From assembly GCF_988243305.1 (NCBI RefSeq), contig NZ_OZ547136.1: a stretch of 64,000 nucleotides of DNA; one strand, written 5' to 3'. Under the pieces are notes generated by a model, which worked only from the letters and a program-made list of their open reading frames with translations, had not been told where the DNA came from and ran no database searches. Both the position numbers and the translations under genes were made by a program. Below, one piece after another: positions 22,309 to 32,676 of the stretch. Position 1 is the first letter of the stretch, and every line of letters begins with the position of its first letter.

Positions 22309-22590
22309 ATGCAACAAGAAGCATTAGGAATGGTTGAAACGAAAGGTCTGGTTTCTGCAATTGAAGCTGCAGATACCATGGTGAAATCTGCCAACGTGAC
22401 CCTAGTGGGTTATGAAAAAATCGGCTCCGGCTTGGTGACTGTGATGGTTCGCGGCGACGTTGGCGCAGTGAAAGCCGCGACAGATGCGGGCTCCGCTGCT
22501 GCGAGTAAAGTGGGAGAACTGGTCTCCGTACATGTTATTCCACGCCCACACATTGAGGTGGAAAAAATTCTACCGAAGGCTATCGGTTAA
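22309..22590 (+). CDS. BMC-H hexameric shell protein (PduA/EutM-like)
   Basis: Start at ATG 22309 preceded by [25 protein letters not shown]... canonical BMC domain. Confidence 0.85.
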   Translation: MQQEALGMVETKGLVSAIEAADTMVKSANVTLVGYEKIGSGLVTVMVRGDVGAVKAATDAGSAAASKVGELVSVHVIPRPHIEVEKILPKAIG

Positions 22591-22611
22591 TAACAATAAA
22601 GGATACTGATC

Positions 22612-23397
22612 ATGAGAGATAATCTTGTTGAGCAGATTATATCTGACGTAATGAATAAACAAACCGATATCTCACCGGAAGCTAAAACAGCAGCGAATTT
22701 CGCTGGTTGCGGTATTACGGAATTTGTCGGCACTGCGTTGGGCCACACTATCGGCCTAGTGATTGCCAATGTTGATAATCAATTGCATGAAGTCATGAAT
22801 ATCGACAAGAAATATCGCTCTATCGGTATTCTTGGCGCACGTACTGGCGCAGGCCCGCAAATTTTTGCGGCTGACGAAGCGATTAAAGCAACCAACAGCG
22901 AAATTATTTCTATTGAGCTGGCCCGCGATACCGAAGGAGGTGGCGGACACGGTTGCTTAATTATTTTTGGTGCGTCTGATGTTTCCGACGTCAGGCGTGC
23001 GGTTGAAGTGGCGCTGTCTGAAATTGAACGCACCATGGGTGACGTTTATGGCTCGTCAGCCGGACATCTTGAATTCCAGTACACCGCTCGTGCCAGCTAC
23101 GCGCTGAATAAAGCGCTGGGTGCGCCGATTGGTAAATCCTTCGGGATGACCTGTGCCTCGCCTGCGGCGATTGGCCTAGTGATTGCCGACGCTGCGGCGA
23201 AATCCGCCGTGATTGACCCGGTGGGTTATGCCAGCCCGTCGCAAGGCACCAGCTTTAGTAACGAAGTGATCTTCACCTTCTCCGGTGATTCCGGTGCAGT
23301 ACGTCAGGCGGTGATTGCCGCGCGTGAAGTCGGTCTACAACTGCTCTCCACGTTAGATCCGGTGGAAATTAAATCCACCACGACGCCATATATCTAA
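22612..23397 (+). CDS. Tandem-BMC-domain shell protein (BMC-T, PduB-like)
   Basis: 261-aa ORF with two BMC-like repeats (GTALGHTIGLVIANVD / GMTCASPAAIGLVIADAAAK). Confidence 0.8.
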   Translation: MRDNLVEQIISDVMNKQTDISPEAKTAANFAGCGITEFVGTALGHTIGLVIANVDNQLHEVMNIDKKYRSIGILGARTGAGPQIFAADEAIKATNSEIISIELARDTEGGGGHGCLIIFGASDVSDVRRAVEVALSEIERTMGDVYGSSAGHLEFQYTARASYALNKALGAPIGKSFGMTCASPAAIGLVIADAAAKSAVIDPVGYASPSQGTSFSNEVIFTFSGDSGAVRQAVIAAREVGLQLLSTLDPVEIKSTTTPYI

Positions 23398-23457
23398 GCA
23401 TCTGATGACGATGCACGCGGCGCGGTCGGCAGATGAAGAGTAGTAAGGAATTTAAAG

Positions 23458-24975
23458 ATGAATGATATTGAAATCGCTCAGGCTGTCTCGACCATTCTGA
23501 GCAAATTCACCAAAACAACACCGGATGAAGCTCCCGCCACGTCAGAAGCAGCGCGGGTCGAAGGGTTGGATGAAATTGTCGCTAAGGCGTTGGCGCAGCA
23601 CTCTTCCGTGCGCGACGCCAGTGCGATCTCTCAGGTAGCGAAGGTAGCGAATGCTAGCACTGGAGCATTCGATACCATGGATGAGGCGATTTCCGCCGCC
23701 GTCTTGGCACAGGTGCAGTATCGCCACTGTTCTATGCAAGACCGCGCCTCGTTTATCAATGGCATTCGCGATGTCTTCCTGCAGGAAGATGTGCTGTGTG
23801 CCCTTTCCCGTATGGCGGTGGAAGAGACCGGCATGGGGAATTACGAGGACAAACTGATCAAAAACCGCGTCGCAGCGCTGAAAACGCCAGGTATCGAAGA
23901 TCTGACCACCAGCGCGGTTTCCGGAGACGGGGGTTTAACGTTGATCGAATACTCTGCGTTCGGAGTGATTGGTTCGATTACACCAACGACTAACCCGACC
24001 GAAACTATTATCAACAACAGCATAGGCATGCTGGCGGCAGGCAACACTGTGGTGTTCAGTCCACATCCGCGCTCGCGCAAAGTGTCGCTGTACGCGGTTG
24101 AGCTGATCAACAACAAGCTTGCCCAGTTGGGCGCACCGGCGAACATGGTGGTAACGGTGACCAAACCGTCCATCGACAATACCAACGTCCTGATCAACGA
24201 CCCACGTATCAACATGCTGGTAGCGACTGGCGGTCCAGCCATCGTGAAAACCGTGATGTCATCAGGTAAAAAAGCGATTGGTGCAGGCGCAGGTAACCCG
24301 CCAGCTGTGGTAGATGAAACGGCGGATATCGAAAAAGCAGCCCGCGACATCATTAAGGGCTGTAGCTTCGACAACAACCTGCCGTGCGTGGCGGAAAAAG
24401 AGGTGATTGTTGTGAACCAGGTAGCGGACTATCTGATTCACTGCATGAAGAAAAGCGGTGCCTATCTGTTGTGCGATAAGAAGTTAAGTCAACAACTGCA
24501 ATCGTTGGTGCTTAATGAAAAAGGCACTGGGCCGAATACCGCCTTTGTCGGCAAAGATGCGCGCTATATCCTGCAACAACTGGGAATCCAGGTTGGCGAC
24601 GATATCAAAGTCATCTTAATTGAGGCTGAGAAAACACATCCGTTTGTGGTGCATGAGCTGATGATGCCGGTCCTGCCGGTGGTGCGCGTAGACAATGTTG
24701 ATGAAGCCATTGAGCTGGCGGTGAAAGTGGAGCACGGCAATCGTCATACCGCGGTTATGCACTCCACCAACGTCGAAAAGCTGACCAAAATGGCGCGCCT
24801 GATCCAGACCACCATCTTTGTTAAAAATGGTCCCTCTTATGCAGGGCTGGGGGTGGGCGGTGAAGGACATGCCACCTTTACGATTGCCGGACCGACCGGC
24901 GAGGGACTTACGTCAGCGCGTTCGTTTGCACGCCGTCGTCGCTGTGTAATGGTTGAAGCGCTGAATATTCGCTAA
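23458..24975 (+). CDS. CoA-acylating aldehyde dehydrogenase (PduP/EutE-like) with N-terminal encapsulation-peptide-like helix
   Basis: 505-aa ORF; aldehyde dehydrogenase core; amphipathic N-terminus MNDIEIAQAVSTILSKF. Confidence 0.85.
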   Translation: MNDIEIAQAVSTILSKFTKTTPDEAPATSEAARVEGLDEIVAKALAQHSSVRDASAISQVAKVANASTGAFDTMDEAISAAVLAQVQYRHCSMQDRASFINGIRDVFLQEDVLCALSRMAVEETGMGNYEDKLIKNRVAALKTPGIEDLTTSAVSGDGGLTLIEYSAFGVIGSITPTTNPTETIINNSIGMLAAGNTVVFSPHPRSRKVSLYAVELINNKLAQLGAPANMVVTVTKPSIDNTNVLINDPRINMLVATGGPAIVKTVMSSGKKAIGAGAGNPPAVVDETADIEKAARDIIKGCSFDNNLPCVAEKEVIVVNQVADYLIHCMKKSGAYLLCDKKLSQQLQSLVLNEKGTGPNTAFVGKDARYILQQLGIQVGDDIKVILIEAEKTHPFVVHELMMPVLPVVRVDNVDEAIELAVKVEHGNRHTAVMHSTNVEKLTKMARLIQTTIFVKNGPSYAGLGVGGEGHATFTIAGPTGEGLTSARSFARRRRCVMVEALNIR

Positions 24976-24998
24976 CTATCGCGAAGGGTAACTTAAAG

Positions 24999-25298
24999 AT
25001 GAAAAAACGAATCATAAACGCACCGACCCCGGATATTTTGGCTATGTTGAAACGGCGTATGCCCGGGGAGTTTCGTTCGCGTTTGGATTTGATTCGCATC
25101 GACGCCATTGGTTTGTTAATACTGCCGGTTCCGGATCTCTATTTTTATGCCGACGTAGCCAGTAAAAGCGCCAATGTGGTGGTATCAGAAATCTTTGGCA
25201 GTTGCCCTCAGCATATCACCACATTGGCCATTTTTGGCGAAGTCGCGGCGGTGCATGAAGCCATGCGAATCATTGAGGAAGACGATAACCAGTTTTGA
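24999..25298 (+). CDS. Circularly permuted BMC shell protein (PduU/EutS-like)
   Basis: 99-aa ORF resembling EutS/PduU pattern (AIGLLILPVPD...TLAIFGEVAAVHEA). Confidence 0.6.
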   Translation: MKKRIINAPTPDILAMLKRRMPGEFRSRLDLIRIDAIGLLILPVPDLYFYADVASKSANVVVSEIFGSCPQHITTLAIFGEVAAVHEAMRIIEEDDNQF

Positions 25299-25308
25299 GA
25301 GTCCGCTT

Positions 25309-25884
25309 ATGAAGAAGATATTACTTATCACAGGCGATTTCTCTGAAGACTATGAAGTCATGGTGCCATGGCAGGCATTAAACATGTTAGGTTTCAGAGT
25401 GGATGTAGTGTGTCCGGGAAAACGTACCGGCGAGTTTATTAAAACCGCGATTCATGATTTTGAAGGTGATCAGACCTACACCGAAAAACCCGGACATCTT
25501 TTTAGATTAACTGCATCATTTGATGACATAAGGTTACAGGAATATAGTGGTGTTTATATTTCTGGTGGGCGTTCATCGGAATACTTGCGATTAAATAAGT
25601 CAGTATTGGATATCGTGCATTACGCGATGAATTTAACATTACCTGTTGCTGCAATTTGTCATGGCCCACAAATTCTGGCCGCTGCTGGGGTATTAAAAGG
25701 CCGGAAACTGACGGGATATTTTACGGTAAAACCGGAAGTGGAAATGGCGGGTGGCCAGTGGGTCACTGCCGCAGATGATGAAGCCATTGTGGATGGTAAT
25801 TTAATAACCGCGACTACCTGGATGGGGCATCCAGCAATATTACGTCACTTTATTACTCAAATGGGCACTAGCATTATTCATTAA
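25309..25884 (+). CDS. DJ-1/PfpI family protein (class I glutamine amidotransferase-like)
   Basis: Start at ATG 25309 (MKKILLITGDF); nucleophile elbow AAICHGPQIL. Confidence 0.8.
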   Translation: MKKILLITGDFSEDYEVMVPWQALNMLGFRVDVVCPGKRTGEFIKTAIHDFEGDQTYTEKPGHLFRLTASFDDIRLQEYSGVYISGGRSSEYLRLNKSVLDIVHYAMNLTLPVAAICHGPQILAAAGVLKGRKLTGYFTVKPEVEMAGGQWVTAADDEAIVDGNLITATTWMGHPAILRHFITQMGTSIIH

Positions 25885-25932
25885 TACCCTGGCATCTCCA
25901 CAAGGTTAACAAAATATATTCGGGAGTTTTAT

Positions 25933-28485
25933 ATGTTAGAGAAAGGCTTTTCTAATCCGACAGACCGTGTTGTAAGACTGAGAAATATGATCCTGACGGC
26001 GAAGCCGTATGTGGAATCAGAACGCGCGGTGTTAGCAACCGAAGCATATAAAGAAACAGAACAACTGCCCGCGATTATGCGTCGTGCTAAAGTGGTGGAA
26101 AAAATCTTTAACCAATTACCGGTAACAATTCGCCCAGACGAATTAATCGTTGGAGCGGTAACTATTAATCCTCGCTCAACTGAAATCTGCCCTGAGTTCT
26201 CCTACGACTGGGTGGAAAAAGAGTTTGAGACTATGGAACACCGTATTGCCGACCCGTTTGTTATCCCGAAAAAGACTGCTCAGGAGCTTCATGAAGCATT
26301 TAAATACTGGCCGGGTAAAACTACCAGTGCTCTGGCGGCATCTTACATGTCAGAAGGCACTAAAGAGAGTATGGCGAGCGGTGTATTCACTGTTGGTAAC
26401 TACTTCTTCGGGGGCGTCGGTCATGTCAGTGTTGACTACGGTAAAGTGCTGAAAATTGGTTTCCGTGGTATCATTAATGAAGTTAGCCGTGCCTTGGAAT
26501 CATTAGATCGCACTGAACCAGGATATATAAAGAAAGAACAGTTCTATAATGCGGTGCTGATCAGTTATAACGCAGCGATCCGTTTCGCCCATCGTTACGC
26601 TGAAGAAGCATCCCGTCTGGCGCAGCAGGAGAGCAATCCGACCCGTAAACGCGAACTGGAGCAGATTGCTCAAAACTGTACTCGCGTGCCGGAATACGGT
26701 GCTACCACATTCTGGGAAGCATGCCAGACATTCTGGTTTATTCAGAGCATGTTACAGATTGAATCCAGCGGTCATTCTATCTCCCCGGGGCGTTTCGACC
26801 AGTATATGTACCCGTATCTGGAGTCGGACAAATCTATCTCGCGTGAATTCGCGCAGGAACTGGTGGATTGCTGCTGGATCAAGCTTAACGACATTAACAA
26901 AACGCGTGACGAAGTCTCTGCCCAGGCGTTTGCCGGTTACGCAGTGTTCCAGAACCTGTGCTGTGGCGGCCAGACAGAAGACGGTCGCGACGCAACTAAC
27001 GATCTGAGCTACATGTGTATGGAAGCGACTGCCCATGTGCGTCTGCCGCAGCCATCCTTCTCAATCCGCGTATGGCAGGGTACTCCGGATGAGTTTCTGT
27101 ATCGCGCTTGCGAGCTGGTGCGTATGGGCCTGGGCGTTCCGGCAATGTACAACGATGAAGTAATCATCCCGGCGCTGCAGAACCGTGGCATTTCGCTGCG
27201 TGATGCGCGTGATTACTGTATCATCGGCTGCGTAGAGCCGCAGGCACCGCATCGCACCGAGGGCTGGCATGACGCCGCGTTCTTTAACGTTGCAAAAGTG
27301 CTGGAAATCACCCTGAACAACGGTCGCGTTGGCAATAAACAGCTAGGCCCAGTGACTGGCGAACTGACTCAGTTCACCAGCATGGAGGACTTCTACACCG
27401 CGTTCCAGAAACAGATGGCGCACTTCGTTCATCAACTGGTTGAAGCCTGTAACAGCGTGGATATTGCCCACGGCGAACGCTGCCCGCTGCCGTTCCTATC
27501 AGCACTGGTCGACGACTGTATCGGCCGTGGTAAATCTCTCCAGGAAGGCGGGGCGATTTACAACTTTACTGGGCCGCAAGCATTCGGCGTAGCCGATACC
27601 GGCGACTCCGTCTATGCCATCCAGAAACAGGTATTCGAAGATCGTAAACTGTCTTTGAGCGAACTGAAAAGCGCACTGGACGCCAACTTCGGTTATCCGG
27701 TGGGTGCGAACCCGCACACTCCAGCGGCGAAATCCTCGCTCAACGAGCAGGATATCTACGATGTGGTGAAACGCATCATTGAACATCATGGCGCGCTGGA
27801 TCCGGCAGCGATTAAAAACGAAGTTTATCGCCAGCTGACTTCCGGCAGTGCAGCACCGGTGCAATCCGGCACTATGTCCCGTCACGAGGAGATCCGTCGT
27901 ATTCTGGAAAACACACCGTGCTTCGGTAACGACATCGATGACGTGGATTTAGTAGCGCGTAAATGTGCGCTGATCTACTGCCAGGAAGTTGAGAAATATA
28001 CCAACCCGCGCGGTGGCCAGTTCCAGGCTGGTATCTATCCGGTGTCTGCGAACGTGCTGTTTGGTAAAGACGTTGCCGCACTGCCGGATGGCCGTCTGGC
28101 GAAAGAGCCGTTGGCGGATGGCGTATCTCCACGTCAGGGTAAAGACACCCTTGGCCCAACCGCCGCAGCCAACTCAGTTGCCAAACTGGATCACTTTATC
28201 GCCTCCAACGGTACGCTCTATAATCAGAAATTCCTGCCGTCTTCTTTGGCTGGCGAGAACGGTCTGCGCAACTTCAGCGGCCTGATACGTCACTACTTCG
28301 ATAAGAAAGGGATGCACGTTCAATTTAACGTTATCGACCGCAACACTTTGATCGAAGCCCAGAAAAATCCTGAGCAACATCAGGATCTGGTGGTACGCGT
28401 TGCGGGCTATAGCGCCCAGTGGGTAGTTTTAGCGAAAGAAGTTCAGGACGACATAATCAGCCGTACTGAGCAACAACTGTCGTAA
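25933..28485 (+). CDS. Glycyl radical enzyme (PFL-fold dehydratase/lyase; substrate uncertain)
   Basis: 850-aa ORF; active-site GCVEP; C-terminal glycine-radical motif RVAGYSA. Confidence 0.9.
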   Translation: MLEKGFSNPTDRVVRLRNMILTAKPYVESERAVLATEAYKETEQLPAIMRRAKVVEKIFNQLPVTIRPDELIVGAVTINPRSTEICPEFSYDWVEKEFETMEHRIADPFVIPKKTAQELHEAFKYWPGKTTSALAASYMSEGTKESMASGVFTVGNYFFGGVGHVSVDYGKVLKIGFRGIINEVSRALESLDRTEPGYIKKEQFYNAVLISYNAAIRFAHRYAEEASRLAQQESNPTRKRELEQIAQNCTRVPEYGATTFWEACQTFWFIQSMLQIESSGHSISPGRFDQYMYPYLESDKSISREFAQELVDCCWIKLNDINKTRDEVSAQAFAGYAVFQNLCCGGQTEDGRDATNDLSYMCMEATAHVRLPQPSFSIRVWQGTPDEFLYRACELVRMGLGVPAMYNDEVIIPALQNRGISLRDARDYCIIGCVEPQAPHRTEGWHDAAFFNVAKVLEITLNNGRVGNKQLGPVTGELTQFTSMEDFYTAFQKQMAHFVHQLVEACNSVDIAHGERCPLPFLSALVDDCIGRGKSLQEGGAIYNFTGPQAFGVADTGDSVYAIQKQVFEDRKLSLSELKSALDANFGYPVGANPHTPAAKSSLNEQDIYDVVKRIIEHHGALDPAAIKNEVYRQLTSGSAAPVQSGTMSRHEEIRRILENTPCFGNDIDDVDLVARKCALIYCQEVEKYTNPRGGQFQAGIYPVSANVLFGKDVAALPDGRLAKEPLADGVSPRQGKDTLGPTAAANSVAKLDHFIASNGTLYNQKFLPSSLAGENGLRNFSGLIRHYFDKKGMHVQFNVIDRNTLIEAQKNPEQHQDLVVRVAGYSAQWVVLAKEVQDDIISRTEQQLS

Positions 28486-28593
28486 ATACCAGACGGGCTA
28501 TGTATCAATATATAGCCCGTTACTTTCTCCACGACTTCTGGTTGTTACTTTTATCTGAAAAGGTAATTCATCTGGTAAATATAGAGTGATGTT

Positions 28594-29511
28594 ATGAATA
28601 AAGTTGAGTACGAAACCGAAGGCGTCATATTTAATATTCAACGCTATTCTTTGCATGATGGTCCAGGCATTCGAACCATTCCTTTTTTTAAAGGCTGCCC
28701 GCTGTCCTGCAAATGGTGTAGTAATCCTGAATCACAACGTCACAGCCCAGAGTTATTATTTAAAAAGAATGATTGCATCCGCTGTGGGAAATGTATTGAT
28801 GCTTGCCCACAACAGGCTCTTTCCACTACTAATGCCTGGTTTATCAATCGCGACCGCTGTATTCAGTGTGGGAAATGTACTGAGATTTGCCCTACCCGTG
28901 CGCTGGAAATGAAGGGCAAGCGTATGTCGGTAACGGCAGTGATGCGCGAACTGGAAAAAGAAGAGAATTTATACCGGCGTTCAGGCGGCGGGATTACCCT
29001 GTCCGGTGGTGAACCGCTGGCGCAGCCGGAATTTGCCCGCGAGCTGCTTAAAGCCTGTAAAGCCAAAGGCTGGCACACCGCTATTGAAACAAGCGGCTTC
29101 ACCACCAAAGCGGTGATTGATGAGGTATTTCCCTATGTCGATCTTGCTCTGACCGATATTAAAGCCATCGATCCGGAAATCCATGAGCGCAACACCGGCG
29201 TGAATAACAGAGTGATTCTGGAGAATCTGCTGCGCATCTCCTTTTTAACCAAAGTGGTTGTGCGTATTCCTGTGATCCCAGGAGTGAATGACAATTCGCA
29301 GGAAATCCATAATATTGCGGAGTTCGCCCGCCTGATGCAGAACGTCGATACCATTCACTTATTGCCTTATCACAGCTTCGGTGAAAATAAATATAATCTG
29401 CTTGGTCGCCAGTATCCGATGGGCGATACAAAAAGTATCGAAGAAGCCCAAATGGCAGAGTTAAAAGCAATGGTTGAATCCTTAGGTTTTAACTGCCATA
29501 TCGGCGGTTAA
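28594..29511 (+). CDS. Glycyl-radical enzyme activating enzyme (radical SAM)
   Basis: 305-aa ORF; CxxxCxxC-type cluster CPLSCKWCSNPE plus ferredoxin-like Cys clusters. Confidence 0.9.
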   Translation: MNKVEYETEGVIFNIQRYSLHDGPGIRTIPFFKGCPLSCKWCSNPESQRHSPELLFKKNDCIRCGKCIDACPQQALSTTNAWFINRDRCIQCGKCTEICPTRALEMKGKRMSVTAVMRELEKEENLYRRSGGGITLSGGEPLAQPEFARELLKACKAKGWHTAIETSGFTTKAVIDEVFPYVDLALTDIKAIDPEIHERNTGVNNRVILENLLRISFLTKVVVRIPVIPGVNDNSQEIHNIAEFARLMQNVDTIHLLPYHSFGENKYNLLGRQYPMGDTKSIEEAQMAELKAMVESLGFNCHIGG

Positions 29512-29647
29512 TAAAAGATGTAATAAGAGTGCAAAAAAATGCTGCGCTTGTTTATTTGTTACGCATGAATACTATTTCAATTTTAAAAATATAGAGCAAT
29601 CTGCATTACTTATATTGTCATTTGATTTAATTACAGAGGTAAGCTAG

Positions 29648-30553
29648 ATGAATAGCTTAGATATTGTAGTTGCCTTCGGCGGCGGCATATTTGGTGCGGC
29701 TGTTGGAGCGCTGGCGGCGTTTGAATTCGTTGGGCTTCTGGTTATCGCCATGACGGTAGTGCAAATTATTACCGGAGCATCATCGGACTTTATTACTTTT
29801 CCGTTTGGACTGTTTGGCCCGCACACCGGCGGCTTTGCCGCTGGGGTTGCGGCGACGGCGTATGCAGCGAAGAAAGGCAAGCTGGGTTCCGGGCGTGATA
29901 TCACTGCCGGGTTGAGCGGTCTGGCGGCTTACGATGTGCTGCTGGTAGGCGGGGTTTTTGGGGCGGTTGGTTACATCATCGCCTGGGGGTTGAACCAGAT
30001 TCCGGCCTTCCCGTCCGGCAATGCTTGGACCGATACCGTGGCACTAACCGTGGTGATTTCTGGCGTGGTCTCGCGTCTGGTTTTCGGTAAAACTGGCCTG
30101 TTTGGAAAACCGGAGCAGGGAATTCGTCACTGCTATCCGCCGCAGGATAAGTGCTGGATACCTTACCATAGCCGCATTCCGCAGCTTTCCGTGCTGGGCT
30201 TGGGTATTGGCTTGATGGCAGGCTTTTTAGGCCTGAAGTTTGGCGGCAACGGCGCGCTGCTGGCGTTTGGTATTTCCGCGTTCTCACTGATTTTCCTGCA
30301 TTTCAATACTCAGGTACCGGTGTCACATCATATTTCGCTGCCTGCCGCGTTGGTAGCGGTGCCATCAGGTAGCCTGATTTGGGCTGCTATCGTTGGCATA
30401 ATTTGCGCGATATTGGGTGAACTGATGTCGCGTATCTTCCTGATCCACGGCGATACACATATTGACCCGCCGGCGATGGTCATCACCATTATGACCACGA
30501 TGATTAATCTGTTGGCGACCATTGGATTATTTACCTTGGTTCCCCTGTTTTAA
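29648..30553 (+). CDS. Polytopic integral membrane protein (possible substrate/product channel of the GRM locus)
   Basis: 301-aa highly hydrophobic ORF, Gly/Ala-rich helices; good RBS. Confidence 0.65.
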   Translation: MNSLDIVVAFGGGIFGAAVGALAAFEFVGLLVIAMTVVQIITGASSDFITFPFGLFGPHTGGFAAGVAATAYAAKKGKLGSGRDITAGLSGLAAYDVLLVGGVFGAVGYIIAWGLNQIPAFPSGNAWTDTVALTVVISGVVSRLVFGKTGLFGKPEQGIRHCYPPQDKCWIPYHSRIPQLSVLGLGIGLMAGFLGLKFGGNGALLAFGISAFSLIFLHFNTQVPVSHHISLPAALVAVPSGSLIWAAIVGIICAILGELMSRIFLIHGDTHIDPPAMVITIMTTMINLLATIGLFTLVPLF

Positions 30554-30565
30554 TCCCGCCATAAC

Positions 30566-30600
30566 AAAAAGCCAGCAGTGTCTGCCTGCTGGCTTTTTGT
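30566..30600 (+). terminator. Rho-independent terminator (also the probable group II intron target)
   Basis: Hairpin GCCAGCAG-tgtctgc-CTGCTGGC followed by TTTTT, 13 bp after stop codon. Confidence 0.7.
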
Positions 30601-30603
30601 TAT

Positions 30604-32406
30604 GTGCGCCGTGACTGGCGCTGTTCTTCAACTGTGGTGGCAGAAGAACGACTAAGAGGTGAAAGTCCTCCACACACCCGGTGAGGGGAAGTGTTAGCGG
30701 AAGGCAAGGGTGTTCATCGCGAGGTGAAATCTGAAGGAAGCTGGATGCAAAATGCTGGCCTGACGAACAGGAAGCGGTTAAGTCGGCGCAGCAGGGTAAG
30801 GTGGCACAAATCACCAAAGCCCGATACTCACACGGAACGCTGTGACGTAAAGCCGACAGGCATAAGCAGGAAAGTCGCGTGAATTACCCCGGGAGATCTG
30901 TCGCCCTGCCAGTGTGCTACCGGCGCCGTGAGGCGCCGGGATGGGGCGGCAGAAGTCAGCCGACGCCGTAGTAGTGCTGCAAAACCGGCAGCATGAAGGG
31001 CCGAACATGATTAACTGTGATTAGGACATCCGAACCCGATGATGATTAATGAAGCACAAGCGCAGGCAACTGCGACCAGCGGCAGAGGAGACGGACAGTA
31101 TCCGTCAGGGCTGCATGATGGCGCTGAAATCAGCACGGCGGCGGGTGGGCAAACGAAAGCGGAAGTGCCGCTGACGATGGAAGCGGTGATAACGAGAGAA
31201 AACCTGATGCTGGCTTATCAGCGCGTGGTGGAAAACAAAGGCACGGCGGGGGTGGATAACCTCAGCGTGGCGGAGTTGAAACCGTGGCTGAAGAAGAACT
31301 GGCGCAGCGTCAGGCAGGCATTGATTGACGGAAACTACCAGCCGCGGGCAATACGCCGGATGGATATCCCGAAGCCGCATGGCGGCGTGAGAACCTCAGG
31401 CATCCCGACGGTGGTGGACAGGCTTATCCAGCAGGCGGTGCAACAGGCACAGCGTTACATACGGGGTGGCAAACGGTGGGTGGTGGATATGGATCTGGAG
31501 AAGTTCTTCGACCGTGTGGATCACAGACTCCTGATGACGCGTCTGGCCAGAACGATAAAGGACAGGCGGGTGCTGTGACTGATACGCCGCTACCTGAAAG
31601 CGGAAATGGTTAAAGACGGGCAAAGGGAGAAACGGCAGGCGGGCATGCTGCAGGGCGGCCCACTGTCGCCGTTACTGTCGAACATCCTGCTGGATGAACT
31701 GGATAAAGAACTGGAGCGTCGTGGACACAGCTTCTGCCGCTACGCAGACGACTGCAACATCTACGTAAGCAGCCGGAAAGCGGGCGACCATCTGCTGAAG
31801 AACATCAGGGCGTTCGTGGAGAACAAACTGAAGGTGAATGAGAAGAAGAGCGCGGTGGCGCGCCCGTGGGATCGGAAGTTCCTCGGGTACAGTGTGACAT
31901 GGCACAAACAGGCGAAGCTGAAGATAGCCCTGACGAGCGTGAACAGGCTGAAGGAGAAAGTCCACAGTCTGACGACGGGAAACCGGAGCAAATCAGTGAA
32001 AGCGACAATCAATGCTCTGACACCAGTGCTGTGTGGATGGATAAGCTACTTCAGGCTGACGGAAGTCAGAGGAGTGCTGGAGGAGCTGGATGGCTGGATC
32101 AAACGGAAACTGCGTTGCTTGTTGTAGCGGCAGTGGAAGAGACCGCTAACCCGGGCAAAGAACCTGCAAAGAGCAGGACTGAGTAAGGACAGGGCAATGA
32201 TCTCTGCGTACAACAACCACGGGCCATGGTGGAACTCAGGGTCAAGCCATATGAATCAGGCGATAAAGAATACATGGTTCAGGAGGCAGGGTCTGATATC
32301 ACTGCTGGAACAGTAGAGGCAGTTCCAGAGTTAACATGAACCGCCGTATGCGGAACCGCACGTACGGTGGTGTGAGAGGACGGCGGGAGTGATCCCGCCT
32401 CCTACT
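30604..32406 (+). mobile_element. Group II intron (bacterial class C-like, inserted just downstream of a terminator hairpin), degenerate
   Basis: 5' end GTGCG at 30604; domain V-like hairpin at ~32341-32372; internal RT/maturase ORF; 3' boundary approximate. Confidence 0.7.
31039..32316 (+). pseudogene. Group II intron reverse transcriptase/maturase with two in-frame stop codons and an internal deletion
   Basis: RT motifs (LEKFFDRVDH, QGGPLSPLLSNILLD, YADD); in-frame TGA at 31576-31578 and TAG at 32125-32127 with homology continuing downstream (GPWWNSGSSHMN); ~30 aa missing after LIQQAV. Confidence 0.75.
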
Positions 32407-32676
32407 CGATCAATTTTAAAACACCTCCTATGTAGGTGGTGATCGTTCATGTGGGGCTTTCTGACAGACTGCCTCGTCATTCCATTCGTATCGCCAGTAA
32501 CTGGCGTTTGTATTGTGGCAGTTCTGGTATACGTTTCCCTGTGTATCTGCACTGGTTCAGCAAGGTTTGAAAAGGAGTATCCCTTGCAAATAACCGAAGC
32601 ATTACTTTCAGAGCCGGAGCTGTTTTTGTTGCTGTGATCCATTTCAATTTTTTCGTGACAAATTATTTATAAATAT

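Noticed and set aside
25933-28485. Calling the glycyl radical enzyme housekeeping pyruvate formate-lyase (PflB)
   Set aside because: It is 850 aa with an RVAGYSA glycine loop and is embedded among shell proteins, aldehyde dehydrogenase and PduL, which fits a microcompartment dehydratase/lyase rather than PFL. The exact substrate is left open.
30691-30882. 63-aa ORF near the 5' end of the group II intron
   Set aside because: It lies within the predicted intron domain I RNA upstream of the RT ORF and is most likely non-coding structured RNA.
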